64,000 bases of DNA from Spirochaetia bacterium. GTDB lineage: Bacteria; Spirochaetota; Spirochaetia; SZUA-6; Bin103. The stretch covers positions 4,493,820 to 4,557,819 of the forward strand of contig OZ241863.1 in the NCBI GenBank assembly GCA_965203055.1, read 5' to 3'. A program made the translations under genes and the position numbers. Below, piece after piece: positions 33,368 through 43,574 of this stretch (its first letter is position 1; each line of letters begins with the position of its first letter). The notes under the pieces were generated by a model. It was not told where the DNA came from, did no database searches, and saw only the letters and a list, made by a program, of their open reading frames with translations.

Positions 33368-33498
33368 AAGGCAGACTATACCGTACTGGCGCCGCGGCCG
33401 AAGGCGCTTGAGGATCGGATACGACACGCCGTTGCGCTGCACCGCGGCATCGCGGCTAGGGGGCTTCTTACCAGTCTACCAACAAATTGGAAGTGCTT

Positions 33499-33617
33499 CG
33501 TTCAACGACAGCTCGGTCTGGCGCAGCCGCGCCTCCCGGCCCGGGAATGGATGATGCCGGAGCGGGTGGAGATCGCCATGCCGGGGCCGATGACGGCCTG
33601 CACAGGCGCGACGTTGC
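33499..33617 (-). repeat. Compressed degenerate copy of the 3' part of the DUF1156 gene
   Basis: 33509-33536 = 35147-35174 (28/28); 33533-33560 ~ 35460-35487 (26/28); 33561-33601 ~ 35716-35756 (39/41); 33608-33617 = 35772-35781. Confidence 0.9.
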
Positions 33618-33701
33618 GATACATCTTCCACGGAGCTAGCGCTTTTGCCGATAGGTATTGGGAGCCGTATCAGCCGGCCCTCACGTTCCGCGCCGCGTCG
33701 T

Positions 33702-34628
33702 TCAACCAGGACCTTTCGATTTTTGGACGAGCTTGATGAATGCCCGCCCGGTGTGGTTCTCAACGATTTTGGTGGCAGGAGTGCTCGAAAAGGCATGGAT
33801 CACGGCGTGAAAGACCGAGAGACTCCGATCCTGCAAGGTGTGGTCGGCCTCGAGAGACTTGATTACCAGTCCTTGCTTTGCCAGATCATCTCGGGATAAG
33901 TGACGAGCGTGGCTCTTGAATGTCTGATGATTCGCTAACCAATCGGAGATGGAAGCTGCCTTGGTATTACGATCTTGGTCATCTTTGAACATGTAGCATT
34001 CGAGCCACGTCTTGACCAATTCCCGCGATAGTTTCAAAGCTGTTTCGCACTGAATCAGTAGATCAGGGCCGAATTGGCTGAGCATGGGTAACCACGCGGA
34101 TAATTTTGCCGAATCGGTACATTCCCTTTGAGCTCGATCAAATTGGTCTAGTGTCGCTTGCGCAGGCACCATCCGCATACCCAGCGGTGTGTGGAGCAAT
34201 AGCTGTGGATCAGTCGGTCCAAGAAAGGAGTGTTTACCCATTACAATTTCGTCCGCCGCGCATGCGATCATGGTGGCCGCCGACATGGCCAGTTGTGGGA
34301 CGATAACTCGAATATGGGAGAACCGCGACCGCAGATATGACACGACCGCTTCGGCAGCAACGGCGGCGCCGCCGGGACTATGCAGAATGAGATCCAAATC
34401 AGGACCCCGTAGGCCTTGGCTCACTTCCATCAGCGCATGCATGTCCTCATCGCCGATGGAAGTAGTCGATAGGGGAGCGTCTTCTTTCTGTAGCCATCCT
34501 GAGGCGTACAAAATGACGTCGCGGTCGGTATGGTGACTCATCAGAGACAGGTACTTGCGTCTCACTCCGTCAAAATTAGGTGGATTGGTCTGTGTGATTT
34601 CAGCAAGTATCTCGCTCCATATGGGCAT
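33702..34628 (-). CDS. SDH-family Clp-fold serine proteinase (DUF114-like)
   Basis: LDLILHSPGG, AMSAATMIA, LGPTDPQ, FKSHARH; ATG 34628 after GGAG; lower GC. Confidence 0.88.
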   Translation of the reverse strand: MPIWSEILAEITQTNPPNFDGVRRKYLSLMSHHTDRDVILYASGWLQKEDAPLSTTSIGDEDMHALMEVSQGLRGPDLDLILHSPGGAAVAAEAVVSYLRSRFSHIRVIVPQLAMSAATMIACAADEIVMGKHSFLGPTDPQLLLHTPLGMRMVPAQATLDQFDRAQRECTDSAKLSAWLPMLSQFGPDLLIQCETALKLSRELVKTWLECYMFKDDQDRNTKAASISDWLANHQTFKSHARHLSRDDLAKQGLVIKSLEADHTLQDRSLSVFHAVIHAFSSTPATKIVENHTGRAFIKLVQKSKGPG

Positions 34629-34648
34629 GGTGGTCTCCGAGTGTGGGA

Positions 34649-34855
34649 TTAGCGAATGTTGACGTGGTCCGTTGTGGTGATGATACGCGGTGTCTTCGTA
34701 GCCGCTCGGTACGCATCCAGCCCGCGGTCGGCGCGCTGCCAGTCCTGATAGACTTTCATGGCCTCGCGTATACCCGGGCGTCCAAGGGCTTCCTCCAGTA
34801 GTGCGACGCGCTCCTCCTCGCGAACCGATGCATTCCCCTTTTCGCGTTGTGTCAT
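34649..34855 (-). CDS. Small hypothetical protein upstream of the SDH protease
   Basis: 68 codons, SD GGAGGGAG, helical pattern (ALGRPGIREAMKVYQDW), 20 nt from next gene. Confidence 0.65.
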   Translation of the reverse strand: MTQREKGNASVREEERVALLEEALGRPGIREAMKVYQDWQRADRGLDAYRAATKTPRIITTTDHVNIR

Positions 34856-35110
34856 CGTGTCTCCCTCCACTCAACCTGCTGCGCGCCAGACTCGCCATCA
34901 GATACCCTGCCATGGCTGGCCTAACGTGCTCGGGCCGATAGACTGTTACAAATGTACTACATACGGGAGTACGGCACAATCGCCGTCGGCCGGCTGAGGG
35001 CCGGCTGGGCGGGTCAGGACGGTAGCGTGACCTCGGCGGCCTTGCAGCGGACCTCCAGATCACGGGAATCGCCGTCCGCGGCGGCGCTCGCGTTGCGCCG
35101 TGGCCGTTCA

Positions 35111-38017
35111 TCAATTACCAGGGCCTCCGGGGTCGGCGTTCAGTGCCAGCTCGGTCTGGCGCAGCCGCGCCTCCGTCACGGCAAGCCTACTGATCTCCGG
35201 CCAGCTCTTTACCAGCCCGTTGTAGTCCAGCGCCTCGGCGGGGCGCTTCCGGCGTTCGCTTACCGTGTACAGCCGGTAGCACAGCTCGCGGGCGAGGTCG
35301 GCGACGCCGCCGAGCCGGCGCAGCAGGCGGGCCGCGGCCATCTCGCCGCCCTGCCACACGACGCGGATCAGATGGTGCACCGCCTCCCAGGCGGTGAGGC
35401 GGTCGTCTTGCGCCGGGTCCCAGTCGGCGGGCAACTCCTGGGGGCGCAGCAGGCGCACGCTCCCGGCCTGGGAGTGGATGATGCCGGCCTGCACCATGCC
35501 GCGCACGCTGGTGTTCTTGGCCGTGGCCAGGGTCTCGGCGCTGCCGTAATCGCCGGCGTCGAAGCCGTGCTGGTCGAACCACGCGAGCGCCCAGCGGCTA
35601 TCGGTGTCGAAGTCGCCCTCCTGCGCGGCCAGGATCTCGTCGAGCGCCTGATTGATGAGGGCGAGGGCCTCGCCCACGGTGACGCGGTTGCCGGCGCCGT
35701 GCAACACCTTGGCGTAGCGGGTGAAGATCGCCATGCCGGGGCCGATGGCGGCCTGCGCGAGGTCGACGGGGGCGACGTTGCCGCGCTGCAGGTGGACCAG
35801 GGCCGGCGGCAGTTCCTCCTTCAGGGCGTCAATGAGCTCGCGGCGCGAGCCGAGCGGAGCATCGTGCGGCCGGCGCCGGCAGACCAGGACGACGCTGGAG
35901 GCGAGCGAGCTCGTTATCTTCTTCAGATTGGTGATCAGCTCCGTACGCATGGGCCACGTACCGGTAATCGCGAAGCCGGAGTCGATCACGGCTTCCAGAA
36001 ACGTCTCCCAGCCGGTGCTGGACACGCCGCGGTCGTCGCGCCGCTCCGCCTGCTTGAACGCGTAGTAGATCGTCGTCGGGAAGCCGGGATGCGCCTGCTG
36101 CGCCAGCCGCTCCAGCGCCTGCGTCATGCCGTTCATGAAGAAGGTTTCGGCCTGCGCCCTGGTGCCGTGCCGATAGGGCGCGGCGACCAGCTCCTCGGCC
36201 TTCGGGACCATCATCGTGGCGAACAGGTCGGGGAACACCGATCGCAGCGAACGCCGCAGCCAGACGTAGAAGAAATCGGAGAGATCGGCGTAACAGATGT
36301 TGTCGAAATAGGGTGGATCGGTAGACACGAAGTGATCCTGAACGACGTCATGAGTTGCATCCGACTGCTCCGCCGCCCCGCTCGTAAGAGCCGGGAGTCG
36401 AGACACGGCGTTTCGCAAGTAATCGATATTGACGGAGAATGTCCCGCCGGCAGATGAGAACGGGTTGGTCTCGGCGAAGTCCCAGGTCATCGGCAGTGCC
36501 TGCCGAAGGAAGACTTGCTTGGCCAGTTCGTCCTTCGGATGAGAGCTCCACACACAGAGCGTCGCCGAGTAGTTGACCATGCGGCTCAGAGCACAAGCCA
36601 GGTAGAGACCGAGCGCGTCGGCGCAGGCAGTAGCTCCGGCGCCGCCGGCGTGGAAGGGCTGGCCGTCGTCGGGCATGCCGGCGGCGATGGCGTCCTGCCG
36701 GATGCGGTCACGTGCTTCGATAACCAGATCGGAGAACGTGTTCAGCGCGACGAGCTGCCGCGGCGTGAACAGATCGCCAAACGTGGTTAACCCGTAGTGC
36801 ATCGTCCAAAGATTGCGTGGATCATCGGGTAACGGCGTTTCGGGGATCCACTGCGGCTGCGCATTTGCTGCCACTGCCGCATGCTCGGCGGTTGGTGCCA
36901 AGTAAACCCGGCGCCGGTCACCTTCTGCTACGATGGCCAGCAGCCGCGCGCCCATGCGGCCGGCCATGCCTTCGGCCTTGATGTGGTCGGGCGGGATCGG
37001 CACCCCCGACACCAAGCAGCGGAAGTTGGCGCCGCGCGCCAGCTTGGTGCCGGCCTTGGCCGCAGCCGCGTCCGGCGGCGCGCCCACCTTGACGGTGAAC
37101 CGGTAGCCGTCCGCGCCAACCACCGGTTCGACGTACGCTTCCTTGCCCTGCTTCGTGGACAGCATGAAGGTGGAGACCAGCGGCACCTCCACCTGCGCGA
37201 ACGCCGGGTTGGGGCTCTTCACCGTGCGCGCCCACAGCCACGCGATCACCGTCAGCTCGCGCCCGGCGTAGGGCAACAGATCGGGGCGCTCGCGCACCAT
37301 CTCATCCGTCACCGCGACCTTGGGGTACAGATGGCCGATGCGCCGCTCCGCCTCGTCCCGCATCCAGCGCCCGTAGCAGCGCACGTCCTCCGCCAGACCG
37401 CGCGCGCCGGTCCACTTGGCGCTCAGCAGCTCCCCTTCCGACCGCGCCTCCGGGTGCACCGGCGGGCGCCCGGCAAACTTCGGCGGTATCTCGATCATCG
37501 CCTTGTTGATCAGCACGGCCACCGGGTTGAGGTCGCTGGCATGCGCCTCCAGGCCGAGTCGCTGCGCTTCCAGCGGCAGCGCGCCGCCGCCGGCGAACGG
37601 GTCGTGAAACGCCGGCAGGCGCTCGGGGTCGAACAGCTCGGCCGCGCGCGGATGATCGGAGCGGTCGGCGCAGGCGCGCCGCCAGCATGCGCGGATTTCG
37701 TCGCGCGCCTGCTGCAGCACCTCCTCGTTGGTGGTGTTCTCCCACTTGACCAGCTTTTCGATCAGATCGAACAGCCGCTGCCGCTCCCGGTCTTGCTCCT
37801 GTTCGGTAGGGAACAGTTCCGGGCGGCTGGACGGATCGTCGACCAGTTGCGCGAAGATCACGGCGCGGGCGGCCGCTAGCGGGCGCCGCGCCCACCACAG
37901 ATGCAGGGTGCTGGGGTGGCCGTGACGGATCGACTTCTCGCGCGCGGCGGCGGCGTTGATGGCGTCGAGCGGCAGCGCCACCTCGATCAGCTTCTTGCGA
38001 ACACTTCGGGTTGACAT
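35111..38017 (-). CDS. DUF1156-domain adenine-specific DNA methyltransferase
   Basis: [55 protein letters not shown] 38017. Confidence 0.93.
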   Translation of the reverse strand: MSTRSVRKKLIEVALPLDAINAAAAREKSIRHGHPSTLHLWWARRPLAAARAVIFAQLVDDPSSRPELFPTEQEQDRERQRLFDLIEKLVKWENTTNEEVLQQARDEIRACWRRACADRSDHPRAAELFDPERLPAFHDPFAGGGALPLEAQRLGLEAHASDLNPVAVLINKAMIEIPPKFAGRPPVHPEARSEGELLSAKWTGARGLAEDVRCYGRWMRDEAERRIGHLYPKVAVTDEMVRERPDLLPYAGRELTVIAWLWARTVKSPNPAFAQVEVPLVSTFMLSTKQGKEAYVEPVVGADGYRFTVKVGAPPDAAAAKAGTKLARGANFRCLVSGVPIPPDHIKAEGMAGRMGARLLAIVAEGDRRRVYLAPTAEHAAVAANAQPQWIPETPLPDDPRNLWTMHYGLTTFGDLFTPRQLVALNTFSDLVIEARDRIRQDAIAAGMPDDGQPFHAGGAGATACADALGLYLACALSRMVNYSATLCVWSSHPKDELAKQVFLRQALPMTWDFAETNPFSSAGGTFSVNIDYLRNAVSRLPALTSGAAEQSDATHDVVQDHFVSTDPPYFDNICYADLSDFFYVWLRRSLRSVFPDLFATMMVPKAEELVAAPYRHGTRAQAETFFMNGMTQALERLAQQAHPGFPTTIYYAFKQAERRDDRGVSSTGWETFLEAVIDSGFAITGTWPMRTELITNLKKITSSLASSVVLVCRRRPHDAPLGSRRELIDALKEELPPALVHLQRGNVAPVDLAQAAIGPGMAIFTRYAKVLHGAGNRVTVGEALALINQALDEILAAQEGDFDTDSRWALAWFDQHGFDAGDYGSAETLATAKNTSVRGMVQAGIIHSQAGSVRLLRPQELPADWDPAQDDRLTAWEAVHHLIRVVWQGGEMAAARLLRRLGGVADLARELCYRLYTVSERRKRPAEALDYNGLVKSWPEISRLAVTEARLRQTELALNADPGGPGN

Positions 38018-38044
38018 GCAGATCGCAGGATACATGCTCAACGC

Positions 38045-38332
38045 ATGTATCGGATGATCCAGATCCGCAACGTACCCGAGTCGCTCCACCGCTCACTCAA
38101 GGCGCGCGCAGCCATGGCCGGGATGCCGCTCTCGACTTACCTGCTCAATCATATCGCCGCTCTGGCGTCGGTGCCGACACCGCAGGAGATGACCGCGCGG
38201 CTCGAGCGGCTCGAGACGATAACACCGCGCGAGAACGCTGCCGAAGCGCTGCACCGGACGCGCAACGAACGGTGGAGGCGATCTGACGCGGCGCCACCGG
38301 CTGGCCGCGGCGCCGGATTCGGCGTAGATTGA
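38045..38332 (+). CDS. FitA-like ribbon-helix-helix antitoxin
   Basis: [29 protein letters not shown]. Confidence 0.8.
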   Translation: MYRMIQIRNVPESLHRSLKARAAMAGMPLSTYLLNHIAALASVPTPQEMTARLERLETITPRENAAEALHRTRNERWRRSDAAPPAGRGAGFGVD

Positions 38333-38341
38333 GGCGGGATC

Positions 38342-39676
38342 ATGGTTACCAAGGATCAGGTGCTAGGCGCGCTGGCGCAGATCGTCGACCCCGATCTGGG
38401 ACGCGACATCGTGGCGCTCGGGTTCATCACTACCCTGGAGATCGAGGACGGGCACGTGCTGGTGGAGATTCGCATCACCACCCCCGCGTGTCCGGTGCGC
38501 GACCAGTTCAAGGCCGACGCCGAGCGGCTGGTGTCCGCGCTGGACGGGGTAAGGAGCGTGACCGTGTCCATCACCAGCGCGCCGCCGCAGTCCGCGGCGC
38601 AGCGGCCGGCCGCGCAGCGCTCCGGCGCTCCGCGCGAAAGCGGCCTCGATCAGGTGGGGGCGCTGATCGCCGTCGCCTCCTGCAAGGGAGGGGTGGGCAA
38701 GTCCACGGTGGCGGCGGCGCTGGCGTGCGAGCTGGCGCAGCGCGGCCACCGCGTCGGGCTGCTGGACACGGATATCTTCGGACCGTCGATTCCGACGCTG
38801 TTCGACTGCCGTGACCTCGACCTGCAGGCCGCCCCCGGCAACCTGCTGCTGCCGGCCCAGGTCGGCGCCCTGAAGCTGATGTCGTTCGGGTTCTGGCTCG
38901 GCGACGCCCCGGCGGTGATGCGCGGGCCGATGGTTACCAACTACATCCAGCAGCTCCTGCACGGGGTCCAGTGGGGCGAGTTGGACTACCTGTTCCTCGA
39001 TCTGCCGCCCGGTACCGGCGACATTCAGCTCACCATCACCCAGGCGGTGGAGCTCAACGGCGCGGTGGTGGTCACCACGCCGCAGCCGCTGGCGTTGGCG
39101 GACGTCGGCAAGGGCATCCTGATGTTCGACAAGGTGAGCGTGCCGGTGCTGGGAGTGGTCGAGAACATGGCCTACTTCGAAGCCGGCGGGGAGCGCCACG
39201 CGGTGTTCGGCAGCGGCGGCGGGCGCCGGCTGCAGGAGCGGTTCGGGATCGAGGTGCTGGGCCAGCTCCCACTCGACCCGCAGCGCTACGGCCGCACCTT
39301 CGGCGGTGAGTTGGACCTGCCGGAGATCGCGTTCGCCGCCGACCGGATGGTGCGCGCCCTGGGCCGGGCGTCGGTGGCGCGGGAGAGCATCAGCGTGGAG
39401 CACGACGCCGAGCGGATCACCCTGCGCTGGGCCGACGGCAAGGCCGTGTCGGTGGCCAACCGCGACTTGCGCGCGAGCTGCCGTTGCGCCCACTGCGTCA
39501 ATGAGTTCAGCGGCGAGCGCACCGCCGACCCGGCGGCGATTCCGGCCGACGTGCACCCGCGCGAGATCCGCACCGTCGGCAACTACGCGCTGTCGATCAC
39601 CTGGAGCGACGGCCACAGCACCGGGCTGTTCCCCTATCCCACCATCGAGCAGCTCGCGGCGGCGGCCGCGGCATGA
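38342..39676 (+). CDS. Mrp/NBP35 Fe-S carrier ATPase, HCF101-like (DUF59 + P-loop + DUF971)
   Basis: DPDLGRDIV..TTPACP; CKGGVGKS, DIFGPS, DLPPGTGD, ENM; C-terminal CRCAHC, GNYAL, WSDGHSTG. Confidence 0.92.
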   Translation: MVTKDQVLGALAQIVDPDLGRDIVALGFITTLEIEDGHVLVEIRITTPACPVRDQFKADAERLVSALDGVRSVTVSITSAPPQSAAQRPAAQRSGAPRESGLDQVGALIAVASCKGGVGKSTVAAALACELAQRGHRVGLLDTDIFGPSIPTLFDCRDLDLQAAPGNLLLPAQVGALKLMSFGFWLGDAPAVMRGPMVTNYIQQLLHGVQWGELDYLFLDLPPGTGDIQLTITQAVELNGAVVVTTPQPLALADVGKGILMFDKVSVPVLGVVENMAYFEAGGERHAVFGSGGGRRLQERFGIEVLGQLPLDPQRYGRTFGGELDLPEIAFAADRMVRALGRASVARESISVEHDAERITLRWADGKAVSVANRDLRASCRCAHCVNEFSGERTADPAAIPADVHPREIRTVGNYALSITWSDGHSTGLFPYPTIEQLAAAAAA

Positions 39677-39954
39677 GTCACCGCCTGCGCATCTGCGTGG
39701 GGCCTACCTGCGGCGTCAACTTCTCGAGTGACCTGCTGGCGGAAGCGGAAGATCATCCCCGCGGCGACGTGGCGATGGAGCGTTGCGGGTGCCTCGGTCA
39801 CTGCGAGGAGGGGCCCAACTTGATGCTGAACGACACCGTGCACGTGGACATGACTCCCGACCGGCTGCGCGCGCTGGTGGCGGCCCTGCCGCGGCTGCCG
39901 GCGGGGCTGGAGATCAGGCCTCCAGGACGGCGAGCATCTCCGCTACCGTGGTGA
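39673..39954 (+). CDS. Thioredoxin-like [2Fe-2S] ferredoxin (NuoE-like domain)
   Basis: CVGPTC...[14 protein letters not shown] overlap with upstream gene. Confidence 0.85.
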   Translation: MSHRLRICVGPTCGVNFSSDLLAEAEDHPRGDVAMERCGCLGHCEEGPNLMLNDTVHVDMTPDRLRALVAALPRLPAGLEIRPPGRRASPLPW

Positions 39955-41287
39955 ACTTCTCGCGCGGCTTGCCGCGCGGCTTGCCGCGCGCCGTTTCCGC
40001 GGCGTCGATCCGCTGCCAGTCGGCGTAGCTGACCACGCGCACGTTGCGCGCCGCCAGCAGCTCGCGCAGCGGCGCGGTGTCCGGCGTCTCGCAGCCGGGC
40101 AGCGCCGGCAGGTCTTCGAGCAGCTTTTGAACCGTCTCCACGCTGTCGGGCTTGTTGGTGCCGATCACCCCCGACGGGCCGCGCTTGATCCAGCCGGCGG
40201 CGTACAGCCCCGGCACCGGCGCGCCCTCCGCGACGATGCGTCCGGCCTCGTTGGGGAACACCCCGCGCCGCGCCTCGAACGGCACGCCCGGCAGCTCGAC
40301 GCCGCGGTACCCGACGCTGCGGAAGAACAGGCCGCAGCCCATCGGCTCGCTCGTCCCGGTGCCTTCCGCCCACTGATTGCCCGCCTCGCCGGCCAGCCGG
40401 TTGCGCTCCAGTACCAGCGACTCCACTCTGCCGTTCCCGCGCAGCTCGCGCGGACTGCGGAAGAAGTGGACGACGATGCGGCGGCTCTTGCCGGCCGGCT
40501 GCTGGGCGCGGAGTTCCTGCAGCACCTTCCAGTTGCGCCCGGCGCCGATGTTCGCGGCGTCGTCCAGCTCCGCCTGGCTGGCCGCGTTCAGCTCGAAGTC
40601 GTCCGGGTCGTTGAACACCAGGTCGCAGTCGGCCAGTTCGCCCAGCTCGCGAATCTCCTTGTTGGTAAAGGCGGCCTGCACCGGTCCGCGGCGCCCCACC
40701 ATGTGCACCTCCCGCACCCGGCTGGCGGCCAGCGCCTCGAGCGCGTGGGCGGCGATGTCGGTGTTCTTCAGCTCGTCCACCGTCTTGGCCAGTACCCGCG
40801 TCACGTCCACCGCGACGTTGCCCTGCCCGATCACCACCGCGACCTCCTGCGACAGATCGAAGGAGCGCTGCAGGTAGTCGGGATGGCCGTTGTACCAGCC
40901 GACGAACTCGGTGGCGGTGTGACTGCCGGCCAGCTCGATGCCGGGGATGTTCAGGCTGCGGTCGGTCTCCGCGCCGCAGGTAAAGATGACCGCGTCGTAG
41001 TGCGCGCGCAGCTCCTCCACGCTGACGTCGCGGGCCACCTGGACGTTGCCCAGAAAGCTGAAGGCGGCGTTCTTGGCGATGCGCTCGTAGATGCGGATGA
41101 CGTTCTTGATCTTGGGATGATCGGGAGCGACGCCGCCGCGCACCAGGCCGAACGGCGTCGGCAGCCGGTCGTACATGTCGACCGCCACCTCCGGTTCCGC
41201 TTTGATCAGCGCGTCGGCGGCGTAGAATCCGGAAGGGCCACTGCCCACGATGGCGACCCGCGCGGGGCGCCCTGAGATCGTGCTCAT
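39914..41287 (-). CDS. Ferredoxin-NADP+ reductase (FprA/adrenodoxin-reductase type)
   Basis: [48 protein letters not shown]. Confidence 0.93.
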   Translation of the reverse strand: MSTISGRPARVAIVGSGPSGFYAADALIKAEPEVAVDMYDRLPTPFGLVRGGVAPDHPKIKNVIRIYERIAKNAAFSFLGNVQVARDVSVEELRAHYDAVIFTCGAETDRSLNIPGIELAGSHTATEFVGWYNGHPDYLQRSFDLSQEVAVVIGQGNVAVDVTRVLAKTVDELKNTDIAAHALEALAASRVREVHMVGRRGPVQAAFTNKEIRELGELADCDLVFNDPDDFELNAASQAELDDAANIGAGRNWKVLQELRAQQPAGKSRRIVVHFFRSPRELRGNGRVESLVLERNRLAGEAGNQWAEGTGTSEPMGCGLFFRSVGYRGVELPGVPFEARRGVFPNEAGRIVAEGAPVPGLYAAGWIKRGPSGVIGTNKPDSVETVQKLLEDLPALPGCETPDTAPLRELLAARNVRVVSYADWQRIDAAETARGKPRGKPREKFTTVAEMLAVLEA

Positions 41288-41369
41288 GTTCTCTCCTGAG
41301 GGGGATGCGCGTCCTCGGCGTCCTCACCGGGCCCACTGGCCGCGGGCGGCATTTCGACGCTACTGTTCC

Positions 41370-41397
41370 ATCATATGGCGGTCTCCGGCCCTGTCAA
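41370..41397 (-). promoter_or_regulatory. Putative sigma70 promoter of the ferredoxin reductase
   Basis: TTGACA-N16-TATGAT. Confidence 0.55.
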
Positions 41398-41442
41398 CCG
41401 TTCGGCGCCGGCCGCGCGCCCGACCTTCCCCGGAACGCCGGC

Positions 41443-41607
41443 ATGCTGATCGCGGGGAAGGTGCTGCAGGCGGCGGCGCTGGCCTATCTGGGGGTAAGCT
41501 ACGTGCTCACGCTGCCGGCCACCCCGCGCGGCCGCGACCTGGCAATCGCCGCCGGCGTGTTTCTGCTCGGCTGGCTCCTGGTCCGCAACGGGACCGGCAA
41601 GGCCTGA
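41443..41607 (+). CDS. Small two-helix membrane protein
   Basis: 54 aa, two hydrophobic segments, TGATG coupling to next ORF. Confidence 0.55.
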   Translation: MLIAGKVLQAAALAYLGVSYVLTLPATPRGRDLAIAAGVFLLGWLLVRNGTGKA

Positions 41608-41780
41608 TGCCCGACCGGCGCCGGCCCCCCGCGCCGCAGGCGCCCGGCGAGGGTCCTGCCCGCACCATTCTGAAGTTCGACAGCGGCCGCCGCGGCTTTA
41701 CGCGGGCCATCGTGGCCCTGGCCGTTGCCGCCGCCGGCCTGCTGCTGTTCGCCGTCTATTTCTTCTGGAACCTGTTATAG
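41607..41780 (+). CDS. Small membrane-anchored protein
   Basis: 57 aa, single C-terminal hydrophobic helix. Confidence 0.55.
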   Translation: MPDRRRPPAPQAPGEGPARTILKFDSGRRGFTRAIVALAVAAAGLLLFAVYFFWNLL

Positions 41781-41788
41781 CGCCGCGG

Positions 41789-42130
41789 TCAGCCCTCGGC
41801 GTCCTGGCGACCGCTCTCCTCCGGCGCCGCCGGGGACTCGGGGTCGGCCTTGCCGGCGAGATTGCGGAGTTGCTCCTTCACCCGCCGGATGGTCTCGAAA
41901 CCGTCCTGGATCTCGTCGAACAGCTTGCTGTTGGCCCGGATCCCCTCGGTCACGAGGAACGAGGCGGCGTGCGCGCGGTCGGCAAACACCTCCGCTTCGA
42001 CCAGTTCGTCGATGCGCTTCAGACTATCGGCGTCCGGCCGCACCGTAATCGAGTTGGCGCGCGCATCCAGCGCTCCGGTAACGGCATCGGTCGCTCCCGA
42101 CACCAGGGTTTCTACTCTTCTCTTGAGCAT
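41789..42130 (-). CDS. Hypothetical protein
   Basis: Strong SD GGAGGAGGAG; ITVR...LKRIDELVEAEVFADRAHAA resembles a CopG/RHH pattern. Confidence 0.65.
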   Translation of the reverse strand: MLKRRVETLVSGATDAVTGALDARANSITVRPDADSLKRIDELVEAEVFADRAHAASFLVTEGIRANSKLFDEIQDGFETIRRVKEQLRNLAGKADPESPAAPEESGRQDAEG

Positions 42131-42220
42131 CGAATCTCCTCCTCCGAAATATACCATACCACATCGCCGCCGCTTCCGCCCGCTGCCGGGCACCCGGCGA
42201 GCGCGAGAAGCAAGAAGACG

Positions 42221-42751
42221 TCAACCGTCCGGCGGCGCGGCATCCGGGGCGCCATCCGGGGCGGAGCGCCGCGGCTCGGTCATGGCCACTACCAGCGCGG
42301 TGATGTCGCGGAAGGCGAGATGCTCGCGCCACAGCACGTAGTGAAAGTGAAGGAACGCGACCGCCACCAAGGCGCCGTGCAGGAAGCGGGGCACGGCCCG
42401 GGCGGCCACCGCGCCGCCGAGCGCCGCCTGCGCCAGGAACAGCAGGATGTTGAGGTAGATCTGGCCTGACACCGCGCCCCGGATGAAGCGCGCCCGCCCG
42501 GCAAGGTCAGGACCCGGCGCCGGCGGTTGCGGCTGCGCCGCCAGGTACTCGCGGATGTTGGTGCTGGTGCCCACGAAGAAGAAGACGGTCAAGGTCTGGG
42601 TGAACAGGTAGATGATGGCCGCGAGAAACGCGAAGGTAGGGTGCGGGGCGCCGAGGACCGCGAAGCCGAAGATTCCCTGCAACCCGCTCAGCAGGAACAG
42701 CGCGTAGGTGAGCGCCCCCATCAGGTAGCAGACGTACATGAACAGCCACAT
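42221..42751 (-). CDS. Hypothetical four-helix membrane protein with His residues
   Basis: Four hydrophobic segments; His in PHP, FLHG, LHFH. Confidence 0.65.
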   Translation of the reverse strand: MWLFMYVCYLMGALTYALFLLSGLQGIFGFAVLGAPHPTFAFLAAIIYLFTQTLTVFFFVGTSTNIREYLAAQPQPPAPGPDLAGRARFIRGAVSGQIYLNILLFLAQAALGGAVAARAVPRFLHGALVAVAFLHFHYVLWREHLAFRDITALVVAMTEPRRSAPDGAPDAAPPDG

Positions 42752-42810
42752 GGGAGTTGCTTGCCTGGGGGTGTCCGGCAGTCGGCCGCGCGGTCTCCTG
42801 CCGGATGCCG

Positions 42811-43146
42811 TCAGCCGTCGATGGTAATGCCGTACTGAGCTTCGAACTGCGCCGTGGGCAGCATGCGGATGGCGTCCCAGGTGAGCTGGGTGCACACCCG
42901 GGCGCAGATCTGGCAGCCGATGCACTCGTTGAAGCGGATCTGCACCGGCGGGATCGGGCGGTTGTCGTACACGTCTGCCGCCACCGCCTCGATGCAGTCG
43001 ACCGGGCAGAACGGGACGCACACCTGACAGCCGGTGCAGTTGTCCTCATCCACCACGGCCATCAGCTTGGGCTTGCGCTTCTTGGTCTGCATGGCCTTCG
43101 GCAGCTCGGGGATCGACTTGTAGAAATTCTGCCGCGCCTTGGCCAT
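42811..43146 (-). CDS. 4Fe-4S dicluster ferredoxin-like protein
   Basis: CTGCQVCVPFCP and CIGCQICARVC. Confidence 0.9.
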   Translation of the reverse strand: MAKARQNFYKSIPELPKAMQTKKRKPKLMAVVDEDNCTGCQVCVPFCPVDCIEAVAADVYDNRPIPPVQIRFNECIGCQICARVCTQLTWDAIRMLPTAQFEAQYGITIDG

Positions 43147-43178
43147 GGTGCTAGTCCCTCGTCAACGCCGCGCCGCCG

Positions 43179-43433
43179 CTACTTGAAGTAGTTGGCGTTG
43201 ATCTCAATGAAGTGCGCCCACTTGTCCGGGAGCTCACTCTCTTCGAAGATGGCGTCCACCGGGCACTCCGGGACGCACGCGGCGCAGTCGATGCACTCAT
43301 CCGGGTCGATGTAGAGCTGCTTGTCGGCAGGTTCGTCATACCCGTCCGCCGGATGGATGCAGTCCACGGGGCACACCTCGACGCAGGAGGTGTCGCAGGT
43401 ACCGATGCAAGGCTCAGCGATGATGTAGGCCAT
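43179..43433 (-). CDS. Ferredoxin (FdxA-like 7Fe/8Fe type)
   Basis: MAYIIAEPCIGTCDTSCVEVCPVDCI...CIDCAACVPECP. Confidence 0.93.
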   Translation of the reverse strand: MAYIIAEPCIGTCDTSCVEVCPVDCIHPADGYDEPADKQLYIDPDECIDCAACVPECPVDAIFEESELPDKWAHFIEINANYFK

Positions 43434-43574
43434 GAGTGCCCTAAAGCTACTGATCAGCGGCCGTTTGTCAAGCGCTATTCGCGCCGTCCGGTCTGCGGCC
43501 AGCCGCGGCCCGCGGGCGCCGCGGGCCGCGCGTGATCTTGTGGCAGCGGGCGCGGGTGGTGCATTGTCGCGGAG

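Noticed and set aside
35014..35110. Minus-strand fragment ...DGDSRDLEVRCKAAEVTLPS* as a possible gene remnant
   Set aside because: Too short, no start, no family recognisable with confidence
39961..39990. 12-bp tandem duplication encoding RGKPRGKPR in the ferredoxin reductase
   Set aside because: In-frame and within a normally basic C-terminal motif; no sign of phase variation
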